Below, piece after piece: positions 11,551 to 24,430 of a stretch of DNA of 64,000 bases. The notes beneath the pieces are model-generated. The model did not search any database, had not been told where the DNA came from, and worked only from the letters and a program-made list of their open reading frames with translations. The stretch comes from Malacoraja senta (taxonomy: Eukaryota). The stretch lies in the NCBI GenBank assembly GCA_038087875.1, contig CM075989.1, positions 9,548,001-9,612,000 on the forward strand, in the 5' to 3' direction. Numbering within the stretch: position 1 is the stretch's first letter; each line of letters opens with the position of its first letter. Position numbers and translations under genes: made by a program.

Positions 11551-12199
11551 TATAACCTGCGTTGTCTCAGTCAGCTCTTCACCATTATTGTACAGTTTCC
11601 ATAGCTGCCTACAATGTTGGGTAGCCACACTCGATGTTGCCCTCTGCACTTCATTTGTCTTAATCTCACCAGAATGTGCTTTCAGTGTGGCAATTATTTT
11701 TTAAATCAGTTTCTATCCACTCAGCTCAAGTTTTAAGAATGGCATCAAACTTACCTTTTGACTCAGATAGTTGGCGGTCAGTATGGACTCAATGGCAAGG
11801 GCCGTTTCCATGCTATATGACTCTATACTCTTCTTCGTGTCTTCAAATCGAGCATCTATCAAGTTAGTCAGATCCAGTAAAGAAAAGCTCAGAATCAGAA
11901 CTGAGGTAGTTATGGAAAAATAAGTGTACTTTGTGGTTCTTAGCCCATTTAGCAAGTCTACTCTCACAAATGGGAGAAAGGAACCATAGGAGTGGTATGT
12001 GGAAACCAAGAAAGAATTGCTGTAATTCAATAATCTATTCTGGAGATTAATCATGTCTGGATGGTAACCCATATGATCACAAAGCTGCGGGCAAGTTAGA
12101 TCCAGCACGGACATCAGGAAATGAGGAAGCAAATTGCTTCAAGCCTGTCCCTAAATTTTTAATCAGATCCAGAACCAAACTGCTCAAACAGTAATTCAG

Positions 12200-12549
12200 C
12201 ATATAAAATTCTTAAGGGATTGGACAGGCTAGATGCAGGAAAAATGTTCCCGGTGTTGGAACCCAGGGGTCACAGTGTGGGGGTAGGTCATTTAGGACAG
12301 AGATGAGGAAAAACCTTTTCACCCAGAGAGTTGTAAATCTGTGGAATTCTCTGCCACCGAAGGCAGTGGGGCCAATTCACTAAATGTTTTCAAGAGTTAG
12401 ACAGCTCTTAGGGAAAAGGGATATGGGGAGAAAGCGGGAACGGGGTACTGATTTTGGATGAGCAGCCATGATCATATTGAATGGTGGTGCTGGCTCGAAG
12501 GGCCGAATGGCCTACTCCTGCACCTATTTTCTGTGTTTCTATGTTTCTA
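12200..12549 (+). mobile_element. CR1 LINE 3' end
   Basis: TTCACCCAGAGAGTTGTAAATCTGTGGAATTC...GAAGGGCCGAATGGCCTACTCC...(TTTCTATG)n. Confidence 0.9.
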
Positions 12550-13056
12550 ACACCAAAACCTTTGTGGTCTTTGGAGAACTTGGTTACTGGGGTAAATTTA
12601 TACTTGTTCATTATGTGTATATTTTGATTCAAAGTGCAAATGGGAGTGTAAATACCATCATATCTTTCCTTTGAAATTAGGAGAGTAATGGAAGTATTCT
12701 TAAGTCTACAAATACTGTTTTCTGTGTATAAGATCGTATTTTGATTCTGATTGGACAGAAGGCACTAGTCCTGTTTTGTAACAATATCACAGTCTGTTTA
12801 CACGAGCAGCTTAAGTCTCAATATGTGTATTTTTCTGCCCAATAAATAAACCATTATCCAATTGGTTGGGTACTTGCTGCGTTTCAATACATTTGTGAAA
12901 CATTGCAGCGTTGCCACCTTCATCCAGAGCTTTGTAGTCAGAAGTTCCACATCTCTGTAAAGCCACACTGATGGAGGGCTGGATGAAGTGGTGAGGTTGG
13001 GTTGGGAGAGGGTGGGAATGGGGAGTTGAAAGAGTAACTAAAAACACTGTGCTTCT

Positions 13057-13187
13057 GTGTATGCATGCATGTGTGGCTGTGCATGCGCTAGTGTGTGCAT
13101 ACATGTGCATATGTGTGCTTGTGTTTGTGAGTGTATGCGTGCATGTGTATATATGTATGTATGTGACTACCTGTGTATGTGCACGCA
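13057..13187. repeat. Degenerate TG/CA alternating purine-pyrimidine tract
   Basis: TGTGTATGCATGCATGTGT... Confidence 0.85.
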
Positions 13188-14249
13188 TTGCAATCTAAAC
13201 AGTGCTAGTTGGGCGCTCTCCCCACTCAACAGGGCCTAAGATTTGTTGCTTTAATAATAACTGCCCTCTCCTAACAAACCACAAGCTGAGAGTGATGTCA
13301 TCATAAATTTGACAGCAAGGCATAAAAGAAGCATTAGAGTTGTGGTCTGTGACCCGCACAACCTTGCCTGTAACATTTGGTTGCTATGTCATCAAACTTG
13401 GAAGGACTAAAACAAATCTCTGTACAATTTCACAACTGTTATTCTCCATATGAGGCATTTAGACTTGTGTTTGAAGAATTTTGTTGATAGCCAGTTATAA
13501 GATCACCCAATCATCCCTGATTATAGAACTGTGGTGAGGAATGACGCAGCAATTAAAATATCAGATCAAGGCAGGAAAATAGCATTAAAATGATGCAAGA
13601 ATAGATGAAAGAGCTCCCACTCTATTGTAACCATGCCTGATCTTGTTCACACATTACAATAGAAATAATGGCTAGGAAATTATGATTATCAGTTGAAGAC
13701 TGCAAAATTACTGCAAGTAAACAGTGATTGTAGAATGCTTAATTAAATGTGAAATAATGAAACTTTCTCCCTGATAAGCAGATAATGTGACTTAAAACAG
13801 GCAAAGCTGTAAGTGGATGATGCAGCAGCAATATGGTCATTCAGAAGGAAAATATAATGAGTAAAAAGTGCTTCATAAACACTTTCTGTGGAATTCTTAA
13901 TGATTTACACATGGATTTCTCCATTCAGGGAGGCCAAACCGGGGGTTATTTTGATCTTATCTCACAGTTATAAGCAAGAAATGCATTGAGAATAAGGGTT
14001 CATTTGCAAAAAGTTATATGAATATAATTTTATTTTTCAATGAGACAAATATATGCAACTTGACTAGAAATAATTTGAAATTAAATGTACAATTCACAAC
14101 TTAAACAAAGTATTAAAAAAAAACTACCTTTTCAAACTGCTCTAGTGTTTAAAAAAAATTAGAAGTTTACTTATATTTAAATTCAGCTTTCTCTGAAAGC
14201 TCTTTGAAATGTTGTTGTGAATTTATAGCACAGAAACAAATGATTTACA

Positions 14250-14539
14250 TTTTAGAGATACAGCGCAGAAACAGGCCCTTTGGCCCACCGAATCCACGCC
14301 GACCAGCGCTCACCCATACACTAGCACTATCCTACACACTAGGGACAATATACAGAAGCCAATTAACCTACAAACCTGTAAGTCTTAGGAGTGTAGGAGG
14401 AAGCCGGAGAACCTGGAGAAAACCCACGTGGTAACAGGAAGAACTACAAACTCCGTACAAACAGCACCCGGTGTCAAGATCGAACCCGGGTCTCTGGCCT
14501 GTAAGACAGCAATTCTACTGCTGCACCACTGCGCCATCC
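14250..14539 (-). mobile_element. Full-length HE1/V-SINE-like SINE
   Basis: Minus strand: A-box TGGTGCAGCAGTAG, B-box GGTTCGATC, V-like domain, tail GGGCCAAAGGGCCTGTTTCTGCGCTGTATCTCTAAA. Confidence 0.9.
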
Positions 14540-14877
14540 TAAACTTGGTGCAACAGATTTCAACTAATGCTGATGTCTGCATAAGTCTTCTCACACCAAA
14601 GTCATCTTATTAACATACCTTCTATTCCTTTATCCCCATGTATTTATGAAGCTTCTATACATCCCAATCTCTCAATATACGTAATAGCACATTCCACATT
14701 ACCACCATCATAGAGATGTTTCTCCTAAATTCTATACTGAGTTAGTTAATGACTCATAGTTTTGGCACTTGGTTTCGGATTGCCCCTCTTATCCCCACCA
14801 CCACATCACACACTGTAACCTTATTGAATGGAGAACCTGCCTGATATGAGTCTCTATAGCAATCAGGCAGTAATAAA

Positions 14878-14979
14878 AAGGAACTGCAGATGCTGGTTTA
14901 GACTAGATATTCACCTATCCATTTTCTCCAGAGATGCTGCCTGACCTGCAGGGTTGCTCCAGCATTTTGTGTCTATCTT
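14878..14979. mobile_element. Penelope pLTR-derived repeat, partly deleted
   Basis: AAGGAACTGCAGATGCTGG followed by the opposite arm. Confidence 0.7.
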
Positions 14980-14991
14980 GGGCAGTAAAAT

Positions 14992-15287
14992 AGCACGGTG
15001 GTGCAGCAGTAGAGTTGCCATGTTACACCGCCAGAGACCTGGTTCAATCTTGCTTACGGGTGCTTGTCTGCACGGAGTTTGTACGTTCTCCCCGTGACCT
15101 GCTTGGGTTTTCTCCGGGATCTCCGGATTCCTCCCACACTCCAACGACGTACATGTTTATTGGGTAATTGACTTGGTATAATTGGAAATTGTCCCTAGTG
15201 TGTGTGGGTTAGTGCAAGTGTGCAGGGATCGCTGGTCGGTGCGGACTCAGTGGGCCTGTTTCCGCGCTGTATCTAAATAAACTAAAC
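14992..15287 (+). mobile_element. Full-length HE1/V-SINE-like SINE
   Basis: A-box TGGTGCAGCAGTAG, B-box GGTTCAATC, V-like domain, (CTAAA)n tail. Confidence 0.9.
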
Positions 15288-15890
15288 AGGTTTTGCACTT
15301 AAACCTGCCCGTTTCTTGACTGTGGAGTAAAGTTTAAATCAGTCTCTGATCCAGTCATTCAAATCAAGAACTTGTCACTTCCTACTGTGGTCTGTGCTCA
15401 GTTTAACAGGGAAGAGGGAATATATTTTATATTGCAGTAATGATAATCTAATGATAATCAAAAACTATTAACTGGGAAGGTGCAAAATCTAATTTTAGGA
15501 AATGGAATAAGTGAATTTAGAAAGACTTGCATTTTCTCACCTGGTATTTTGGACTCTGATTAATGCTAACACTCTGATATAAGTATTTAAATAGTTAATG
15601 CAACAAGAACATTTATAATGACCTTGGAAAGAAGAAAACATGGTTTCACCAAGATGACACAATGCAAAAAGGGTTAATTAGCAGGCCAGAGAGATGGAAT
15701 ATTGTTGTATTTCTCTGAGTTTCAAAGGTTGAGCAGTAAACTAATTATGATATTTAAAATGATGAATGGATTCAATAAGGTAGTTAACAGATAAACTAGT
15801 TCTCTACTTGGGAATAAAGGAACATGGTCTTAAAGCTACAACTAAATTATTTCAATATGAAGTTAGGAAGCACTTTAATGATGAAGGTGT

Positions 15891-16191
15891 TGTAGAGGTG
15901 CAAACGTCGTGAATAACAGCATGATTTATTCAGGCATTGGAAGTTGACAATACATGGACGTTTAACTAACATAATAGTTGTCGTTGTTGAGAGGCTGTTG
16001 CCTGGTGGGCTCGGTTGTGCTCCTGCTGCGGTGACAGGACACTCTCATGAAGTCAGAGGAGGAGCAAGCCAGAGAGAGAGGGAAGGTCAGGACTTATATA
16101 CTGGGACACACCCAATATATCTCGTGACTCTTTCCCAGGGTTGCCGAGGGTTCGCATAGGAGGAGTGGTCTAACCATTAGGTGCCGCTACA
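15891..16191 (-). mobile_element. Solo LTR (Gypsy-like), 301 bp
   Basis: TGTAG...CTACA termini; 4-bp TSD GTGT (15887-15890 / 16192-16195); minus-strand TATATAAG (16093-16100) upstream of AATAAA (15925-15930). Confidence 0.85.
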
Positions 16192-16609
16192 GTGTGATGA
16201 TTGTCTCTCCCAGAATAGTCTGTGATTGATTTTGTTGGATAAACAAAGGAACTATGAAACCTGTCGGCTGTGGCTTTCAAGACGTGAGATTAACTATTCT
16301 TGTTCAAAGGAAATGTAAGTCAGGTGAAATGCGTAATTGGTGGCAGATTTGACAATATGCAATTTACAGTATCACGGAAAGTCAAAATTTACTTCATTTC
16401 CTTTCATTTTGTCATCTGAATATTTGAACCTTGTGATATGTGAATGGTAAATATTTTATGAGATCTGTTTATAGGTTTCCAGAAGATAGTGGAGGCACGG
16501 GACACACTTGATACCATGATGGTACTCCGTAAAACACCTAGTGCAAAGGAATTCAACAATCAGGAGAGGCTGACGGGCCATGTTAATACTGAGATGTTTT
16601 CAATTGCAA

Positions 16610-17015
16610 AAAAAAAATACACAAAGTGCTGGAGTAATTCAGTGGGTCAGACCGCATCTCTGGAGTACAAAAAAAGACACAAAGTGCTGGAGTAACTCAA
16701 TATTGTATTCAGTTAGCAAAAATATCAATTATCCAATTATTTCAGTATTTACTGTCATGTTTTCTTTTGTGTTTAAATATTCACAGTATAATAATGTGCA
16801 AATGAGATCCAAAGCAAAATTCTTCTCATACAATAAAATCACGTTGTGGTTTTGGTAGAATGTAGAAACAAGGAACTGCAGATGCTGGTTGATAAAAGAA
16901 GATACAGAGTGCTGGGGTCGTTCAGCGGATCAGGCAACATCTCAGGAGAACATGGGTAGGTGATGTTTCAGACTGAAGCTACATCTGCTGAGCTACTCCA
17001 ACATTCTGTGTCTTC
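16610..17015. mobile_element. Cluster of Penelope pLTR-derived fragments
   Basis: Tandem ACACAAAGTGCTGGAGTAA copies at about 16619 and 16678; palindromic copy at 16861-17015. Confidence 0.7.
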
Positions 17016-17084
17016 TTGTGGTTTTGGCATTTGGGCACATTGAGGCATATTAATGAAAGTCATGTAGCCGTCGAGTTACTATGC

Positions 17085-18642
17085 AAAAAAGTAACGATGA
17101 TAAAGGAAACAGGCCATTGTAAGCTGTTTGTAGGGTGAAAATGAGAAGCTAGTGCGACTTGGGTGGGGGAGGGATAGAGAGAGAGGGAATGCTGGGGCTA
17201 CCTGAAGTGAGAGAAATCAATATTCATACCACTGGGCTCTTTTTGCCTGCTCCGGTCCATGGGACAAGAGCTGACAGAAACAATCGGGCAGGGCAGTTGT
17301 GTTTGTGGATTTTGGGGAGAAGGTAAAAATGGGCTGTGCGGGGCTGGGAAATGATAAGGTTGGAGGTTGTGGAAGGCAGACAGCCAGAAGTGATGAAATC
17401 AGTAATGGTGTTTGAGATTAAGGCCTGGTGCTCGTCTGTGGGATCATGGTCCAAGGATAAGTAGGAGGTGTCGGAGATTTGTCGCCTGGCCTCAGCCTGA
17501 TAGAGGTCAGCGAGCCAGACTACCATGGCACCTCCCTTGTCAGGGGGTTTGATGATAATGTCAGGGATGCCGCAGACTGAGCGGATGCCTGTACCTTCAG
17601 AGGGGGTGAGGTTGGAGTATGCAGGGGAGTTGAAAAGTTGATGTCACACAGACAGTAAGAAATAGAGGTCTAGAGAGGGTAGAAGGTCGTTCTTGGGAGT
17701 CCAAGAGGAAGGGGAAGATGGGAGAATGGGTCATCACTGGGTGGTGAGGACTCCTTCCCATAGAAAAAGGCGTGGAGGCGACGGAAGAAAAGCTCTACAT
17801 CGTGGCGGACCCGGAACTCGTTGAGGTGGGGGCAGAGGGGAACGAAGGTGAGGCCTCTGTTGAGGACAGACTGTTCTTTATCAGAGAGGGGGAGGTCAGG
17901 GGGGATGGTGCTGACACGGCAAGGGTGGGGGTTGGGGTCAGAGGGCCGGGGAGTGGACAAAGTCCGAGGCGAGATCTGGTGGGGGGGGGGGGTCAGAGAG
18001 GAGGGGGGCGTGAGGACTATTGTATGGGTGGGGTGTGGTCGGGGAAACCTGGTTAATAGAGGGGGGGGGGGGAGATCAATCACTACTATGGTTCCCTGTA
18101 GGAGGGGAGGGGCAGTAGGACCCAGCAGAGTCAGGCCACGTGCTGTCGGGAGTCTGCATCGTGGAGGTTGTGGGTCTGGTGCTGAGCCTGGAACTCAGGT
18201 GCGGCGATGGCTCGGTATTGAACATATTATTGTAATAAAAAATGCTGGATAAACTCAGCGGGTGAGACAGCATCTATGGAGAGAAGGAATAAGCGACGTT
18301 TCGGGTCGCGACCCTTCTTCAAACTGATGTCGGGGGGGGGAAGGAAAGGAAGAGGTGGAGACAGTAGGCTTGGGGGAGAGCTGGGAAGTGGAGGGGAAGG
18401 AGGGAGAAAGCAAGAACTACCTGAAATTGGAGAAGCCAATGCTCATACCGCTGGGGTGTAAACTACCCAAGTGAAATATGAGGTGCTGTTCCTCCAATTT
18501 GCGCTGGGCCTCACTCTGGCAATGGCAGAGGCCCGGGACAGAAAGAAATATTCCTTCTCTCCATAGATGCTGCCTCACCTGCTGAGTTTCTCCAGCATTT
18601 TTGTCTACCTTCGATTTTTCCAGCATCTGCAGTTCTTTCTTA
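17085..18642 (-). mobile_element. Penelope-like element (PLE), rearranged: RT N-terminal fragment, GIY-YIG C-terminus and pLTRs
   Basis: Minus-strand peptides LSDKEQSVLNRGLTFVP, VVWLADLY...PRTAHFYLLPKIHK, and RKLEEQHLIFHLGSLHPSGMSIGFSNFR*; pLTR at 18237-18325; inverted arm at 18550-18642. Confidence 0.88.
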
Positions 18643-19217
18643 AATATTACTGTAATTAATTCTCTTTTCAAGAAAAAAGTGCTGGCTTGCTAAATATTTC
18701 CTGATAGCTTCACCACTTGAGTGTGGTGCAAATTTGTTTTACCTTTAAATCCTTTTTGCATTGTTTCCCATGATCAAATTCCTTTTATGTGGCGTAGAGG
18801 GTTGAATTGTATACAGTACTCCGTGAACTAATATATTATTCACTGCTGAAGAGAAGCAATCAACACCGAAAGCTGCCATCTGATGATAGGAACTGGAGTA
18901 CACCACATGGTCACTTGAGCTTACTCTGCCATTTAATAGGATTATGGCTGATCTGGTAGTAGCCAACATCTGATGATGTAAAACCTTAGGGTCCTGCAAT
19001 CAGTATCATGCTTATTGTACTTTTTGTATCATTTTGTGCCTCTACTATTAAAGCAATGAGAAAATGTCAATGTTCAAATGGTCTTCAGAAAAAAATCATA
19101 TATATATATATGTCAGCGATTTGTCTGTAAATTCTAAATTACTATCCCTTATCCTCTGGTAGTTTGTTCAAATGGCATTTCTTGTGGGGTGAGTTAGTTG
19201 TTGCATGTGGAATGTTA

Positions 19218-19909
19218 AGGGCCTGTCCCACTTACGTGTCCTTGGCACGCAAATTATGCGACCTCGTGGTCGCATTGAGGCGCACGGGCATCGTATGGCC
19301 GCGCGGGGCCGGTCCCACTGAGAAGCACGGAGGGGTATGTAGTTGTGCGCGATATCGCACGGGGCTCCGAAATTTTTGTAGCGAACGAAATCTTCGCGCA
19401 CCAACGGCCTGTCGTGGAACTGACGGCCAAAGTGGGACAGGCCCAAGACCCTGGCGCGACGCAACGTCTCACCTCCAACAGTAGCAGAAGCAGGCAAACG
19501 ATCACCGAGCTCGGCCTGGGGCTCACGGCCATTGCGGTCCGGATCCGCCCCCACTTCTACTCCCAGAGCGGGGCCAAGAAAATTGAAGATAGACCCAAAA
19601 TGCTGGAGTAACTCAGCGGGGCCGGCAGCATCTCTGGAGAGAAGGAATGGGTGACGTTTCGGGTCAAGACCCTTCTTTTCAGACTGCAGAGCTTCGACAC
19701 GAAACGTCACCCATTCCTTCTCTCCAGAGATGCTGCCGGTCCCGCTGAGTTACTCCAGCTTTGTGTCCATCTTCAAATGATGTCACGCGCTCCAGACGGC
19801 TGTGCGTACGCATGTAATCGCGCACGACCTTCGCGGGACCGTTGCGGCTCAACGCGAGCACGAGGTCGCGTAATTTGCGAGCCAAGGACACGTAAGTGGG
19901 ACAGGCTCT
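19218..19909. mobile_element. PIF/Harbinger-type MITE with a nested Penelope palindrome (19584-19776)
   Basis: TIR AGGGCCTGTCCCACTTACGTGTCCTTGGC... (about 60 bp, imperfect); 3-bp TSD TTA (19215-19217 / 19910-19912). Confidence 0.85.
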
Positions 19910-20030
19910 TTAGTAATTTGTTTGATCATCTGACATCCATTTCTAATACGCCAGGGTCAACCTGAAGCTGTTCACAGATGCAGTAAAAGCTTGGTTATCT
20001 GCATGTGCCAGGTATGATATGTGCTTTTTG

Positions 20031-20367
20031 AGTGACATGGTGGTGTAGCTGGTAGGGCCTCTACCTTGCAGCACCGGAGACCATGGTTCAATCCTGTGCA
20101 TGGATGCTGTCTGCATGTGGTTTGCACGTTTTTCCTGTGATTGCTTGGTGCTCCGGTTTCCAACCACATTCCAAAGTCGTGCAGTTTGGTCATTATCAGC
20201 CATTGTCAATTGACCTCTATTGTGTAATTGAGTGGTAGAATCTGGAAAAGTTGATAATTAAAAAAAGATAGGATTAACGTAGGATTAGTATAGATGGGTG
20301 TTTGATGGATTGCGCAAACTTGGTGGGGTGATGGGCCAGTTTCTGTGCTACATCTTTGTATGACTCT
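20031..20367 (+). mobile_element. V-SINE-like SINE
   Basis: TGGTGTAGCTGGTAG A-box, GGTTCAATCC B-box, CR1-type tail. Confidence 0.8.
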
Positions 20368-21952
20368 CTCGGGTTTTGAAATTCCTTAAATGCATTTCCT
20401 TTCTTCATAGTCTTGCCATGGCCTCCTCTTCTCAGATATGACCCTGGGTCACGTGCTGCCAAGTTATTTAACGAGGAACAGATCCTGTCCACACCACACT
20501 GATACCTACAATGGGCGGGTTGGCTTACGAGGAAACGTTGGGTTAGGGGTTAGTTTTATATAGGCTGGAATTGAGAAGAGCGAGTGGGAACTTGATTGGC
20601 ACATGCAGGAACCTGGCGAGTTTTGATGGGTGAAAGAGGAGGGGATGTTTCCTCTTGTGGGAGAAAGTAGAACAAGGACACACTGCCATTTCTGACACAT
20701 CATTTCTATCCATGTATCTTATCATTACATCCAATATCCAATGTAGGTTTCCTTCAGCCTTACACAGACTAATAGTAAAACTCCTAGGTGTAAAGCATTA
20801 AAGATTTCACATGCCATTCAAGCCTAGTATAGGTTACAGCTCCAGTTCCCACTGCCACTTACACTACATACACAGCTTCAAAGAATACATGCACCAGGTG
20901 CAAAACTTCTCCCAGTGGTTACATTTTAAATGTTTTGACTCTTTAAACTTTTTAATTAATTGCAGGTGAGTCTAAAGTGTTCAAGACGATCAAGGGACCT
21001 CCCCAAGGCACTTTTTACACCCGGTTTCACACTGTATTGGATTTAAACTCTCCATGGTTTCAGGGTCTGGCTCTCGATTCACATTACAAATTTAGCATTG
21101 GTTCAAAAGAGAGACTGTTTTGCATTAGTGCTAAAATTAAAATGTACTTAGTTACAGCTGCAAAAAAATCACATCCCTATAGCACAATGCAATCAAATAA
21201 ACTGGGATGGTGATTAATTTCTCTTTTTAAACTTAGTTTTCCTGTGCTTGCTCAGACTAATCACACTGTGTAAAAAGAAAAAAACTTTTGTGTCTATGTC
21301 TGGGAAAAGCTTTCTTCTATGTATGTAGATGTATAAAGCAGTGACATGAACTATCATTCGCCTGGCAAAAATGATAAGATTCTGCTTCTCATCAAAACAA
21401 TAGTGTGCCTAATTGCATTGAATAGTCCTTTCGTAAAGCCAACTTTCGTGTAGAATTAACAATAGGAAGCGGAATTGAGCCCTGTTCAATGATTTCATCA
21501 TGATTGCACGTGTTAGGTTCTTAGCTGCTGAAGACCAGAACAGCTGTATTAACTGTGCAATAAACCGAAAGGGTCACTCAACGGTGGATGTTAACTAATT
21601 ATTAAGATGTGCATAAGAAACTAAAAAAAAAACACATTGCAAAACGAGAAATGTACAGTGGTTCAGTCACATGTACAAAGTGATTGCTCTGCATTCTTGA
21701 ACTCCCAATGCAATTTAGGATGGGAAGCTCCTAGTTGTTGCAGAACAATGGATAATCTCTTGCCTCACAATGAAGAACAGTGCCAAAGTGGAAGAAATCA
21801 TGGCGTCAGAGAAACCTCTGAAAAGTAATTGAATTGATAGCACTGCCCTCTTAATCTCTTAAAATGGGATTACCCTGAGGGCAGATCGGTTTCTTTGCAG
21901 AATTTAACACTTCTTTAAAGGGAAGTATTTTTTGATACCCAAAAATGTAGTG

Positions 21953-22208
21953 CAGCATGGTGGCGCAGTGATGGAGTTTGTACATTCTCCCTTTGACCCG
22001 ACGGGTGCTCGGTTTCCACCCACATTCCAAAGACCTGTGGGTTTGTCAGTTCATTGGCCTGTGTAAATTGCTCTTTGTGTGAAGGGAATGGATGTGAAAG
22101 TGGGATAACATTGAATTAGTGTGAATGGATGATCATTGGTCGGCATGGACTCAGTCGGTCAAAGGGCCTGATCCAAGCTGTATCTCTAAAACTAAACTAA
22201 AACTAAAC
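21953..22208 (+). mobile_element. HE1/V-SINE-like SINE with an internal deletion
   Basis: TGGCGCAGTG joined directly to GGAGTTTGTACATTCTCC; (CTAAA)n tail. Confidence 0.8.
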
Positions 22209-23010
22209 ATTCACTCATCTTCAAATGTCTGTAACACTGAATATGATCTTTCAATCCCAAACAAATTATTTGAAAGTGTCCAGTATGCTAATGTATTCAA
22301 TTCATACACTGAAATGATCCAATGCCATGCATAATGAAAACACGCATAATAATCACATTAGATTTGACAGTGGGTCACTCACAATCATATGGAGCTGGCA
22401 TTTTCTGAGATGGGGCAGAGCAGATATCCCCTAGCAATGCACACAAAGACACTAATGGAGGCTGTTTCTGGATCATTTTCACCTGGGATGCAAATTATGC
22501 TGTGGGATATAATCATCTAAACATGTAATTTTTGTGGTCATTTCATGAGATTAAAATTAAAGATTTCAGATTAAAATATAATAACATAACACCTTTGTCA
22601 CGATCAAGAGCATGTCAGATAAGTATCTGAATGTGCCATTGCAGGAGCATTGTCTGTTTGGAGACTGGGATTACTGCGCTGTTTACATATTGTCCAGTTT
22701 CGCCTGTTCAAATTTTATGAATTTGAACATTTGACAAGCCTATCCCTTGTACTTCTGGATACAATCTGAACAGTTTAAGATCAAAAGGGGTATGCAACTG
22801 AAATGTAACTTGACAATAATACATTTAATCTTTATATGTAGCCTTGAAGTTTCTTGCTAAATATATAAAATGCTGTCAAGGATTTATTATTGGGCAAATA
22901 CCATCAATATGTTTCAATGATAATATCACATTACAACTTTGAACTAAAGTGTATCTTAAAATGTGGTGTGAAGACAACTTGTTTCTATACTTGCATTCTG
23001 CAGTGTGTAA

Positions 23011-23297
23011 AAGATAGACACAAACTGCTGGAGCCCTTCAATAAGATGCCAGACAGCGGGTCAGGCAGCATCTCTGGAGAAAAAGGATGGGTAACGTTTT
23101 GGTCTGTAGTGTGGAAGTCTCTACTCCCATCTGGCTTCCATAAGGGACAAACATCTATTTATTTGATGTTTAAGAAGGAACTGCAGATGCTGGAAAATCG
23201 AAGGTAGACAAAAATGCTGGAGAAACTCAGCGAGTGAGGCAGCATCTATGGAGTGAAGGAAATAGGTAATGTTTTGGGTCTGAAGAAGGGTTTCGAC
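23011..23297 (-). mobile_element. Two adjacent Penelope pLTR-derived repeats
   Basis: Arms at 23011-23103 and 23172-23297. Confidence 0.78.
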
Positions 23298-23899
23298 AGC
23301 AGGGGTGGAGGGCCAACCAAAAGGAACCCAGGAAAACACCTGGAATATGTTCCTTTCATAAAAAAACTCCTTCCACCTAAACTTATTAAAACTGGTAAGA
23401 AACATAGACAGAAACGTGCCAAGAGACTAAACCTCAATCTTGCACATCAGCCATTATTTAGTAGACTGCTAATATAGCAACACTCATAGAGATGCCTCAG
23501 TGACTAGTTTGAGTCCAAATTTATAAGTTGAGAAATAAGATCTCATTTCCAATGTTCCAATCTTGGTTCACTTAATGATCTTAGATCTTAGTTCCTAGAA
23601 ATATAGATGATTATGGTAATTACTTAAGATACTAACCTTTTAAATTTTACTTCCAGTACGTATGATCAAGCTATGAGATTTACATTTCATTAACATACGT
23701 TTTATCTAGGTCTGAGGGAAACACATACTACCTGTTGCCTTTATAGTGGAAACTGGTTTCACTGGAAGTGAGCTTGGTGGTTTGGGAACAAGCCATGATG
23801 GAGGAGATAGCTATGCTTACTCTTTCGTGTAATACTAAATAAATATCGCAAGGATGCAAAAATATTGCTATCTTTTGAATGATTGATTAAATATACATA

Positions 23900-24430
23900 T
23901 TTGCCAGAGCAGGTGCATATTTAACAAATCTATGAAGAGTTTTTGTAGGTTCTAACTAGCAGAATAGACAAGGGTGAACTTGTTGATGTGGTGTGTTTGT
24001 GCATTCAGAAGCCCTTCAATAAGATGCCAGACAAGAAATAATTAAACAAATTTTGACTGTACATACCAGAGGCAAAATACTTACCTAGATTGAGAATTTA
24101 TTAACGGGCAGAAAACAATGAGTAGAAATTAATGGATCAGATTTGTTTTGGGAGGCTTTGTTTTGCTTTGGCTCCGGCTGCTTGCAATCTAAGTCAATGA
24201 CTTGGACCATGGAATCGAGTGAAGGGTATCCAGGTTTGCGCATGTTGCAAATCTGGTTGAGGAGGATGCAGAGAAACATCAGCACTGTAAAGAAAGATTA
24301 AGGGAATGGCTGAAGATGTGGCCACTGGAATATAATGTGGACAAATGTGCAGACATGTATTTTGATAGAAACTGGATTATTTTCAGTTCAGAACGAACTG
24401 GACTTCCTTGCACACAGATCGCAAGAAGTT
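23900..24430 (+). mobile_element. Old CR1 RT fragment
   Basis: GATGTGGTGTGTTTG...TTCAGAAGCCCTTCAATAAGATGCC, a degenerate D-V-V-Y-L-D-F-Q-K-A-F-D-K-V-P motif. Confidence 0.7.

Noticed and set aside
14250-15287. tRNA genes at A/B-box motifs
   Set aside because: They are SINE heads followed by a V-like domain and CR1 tail; no complete cloverleaf.
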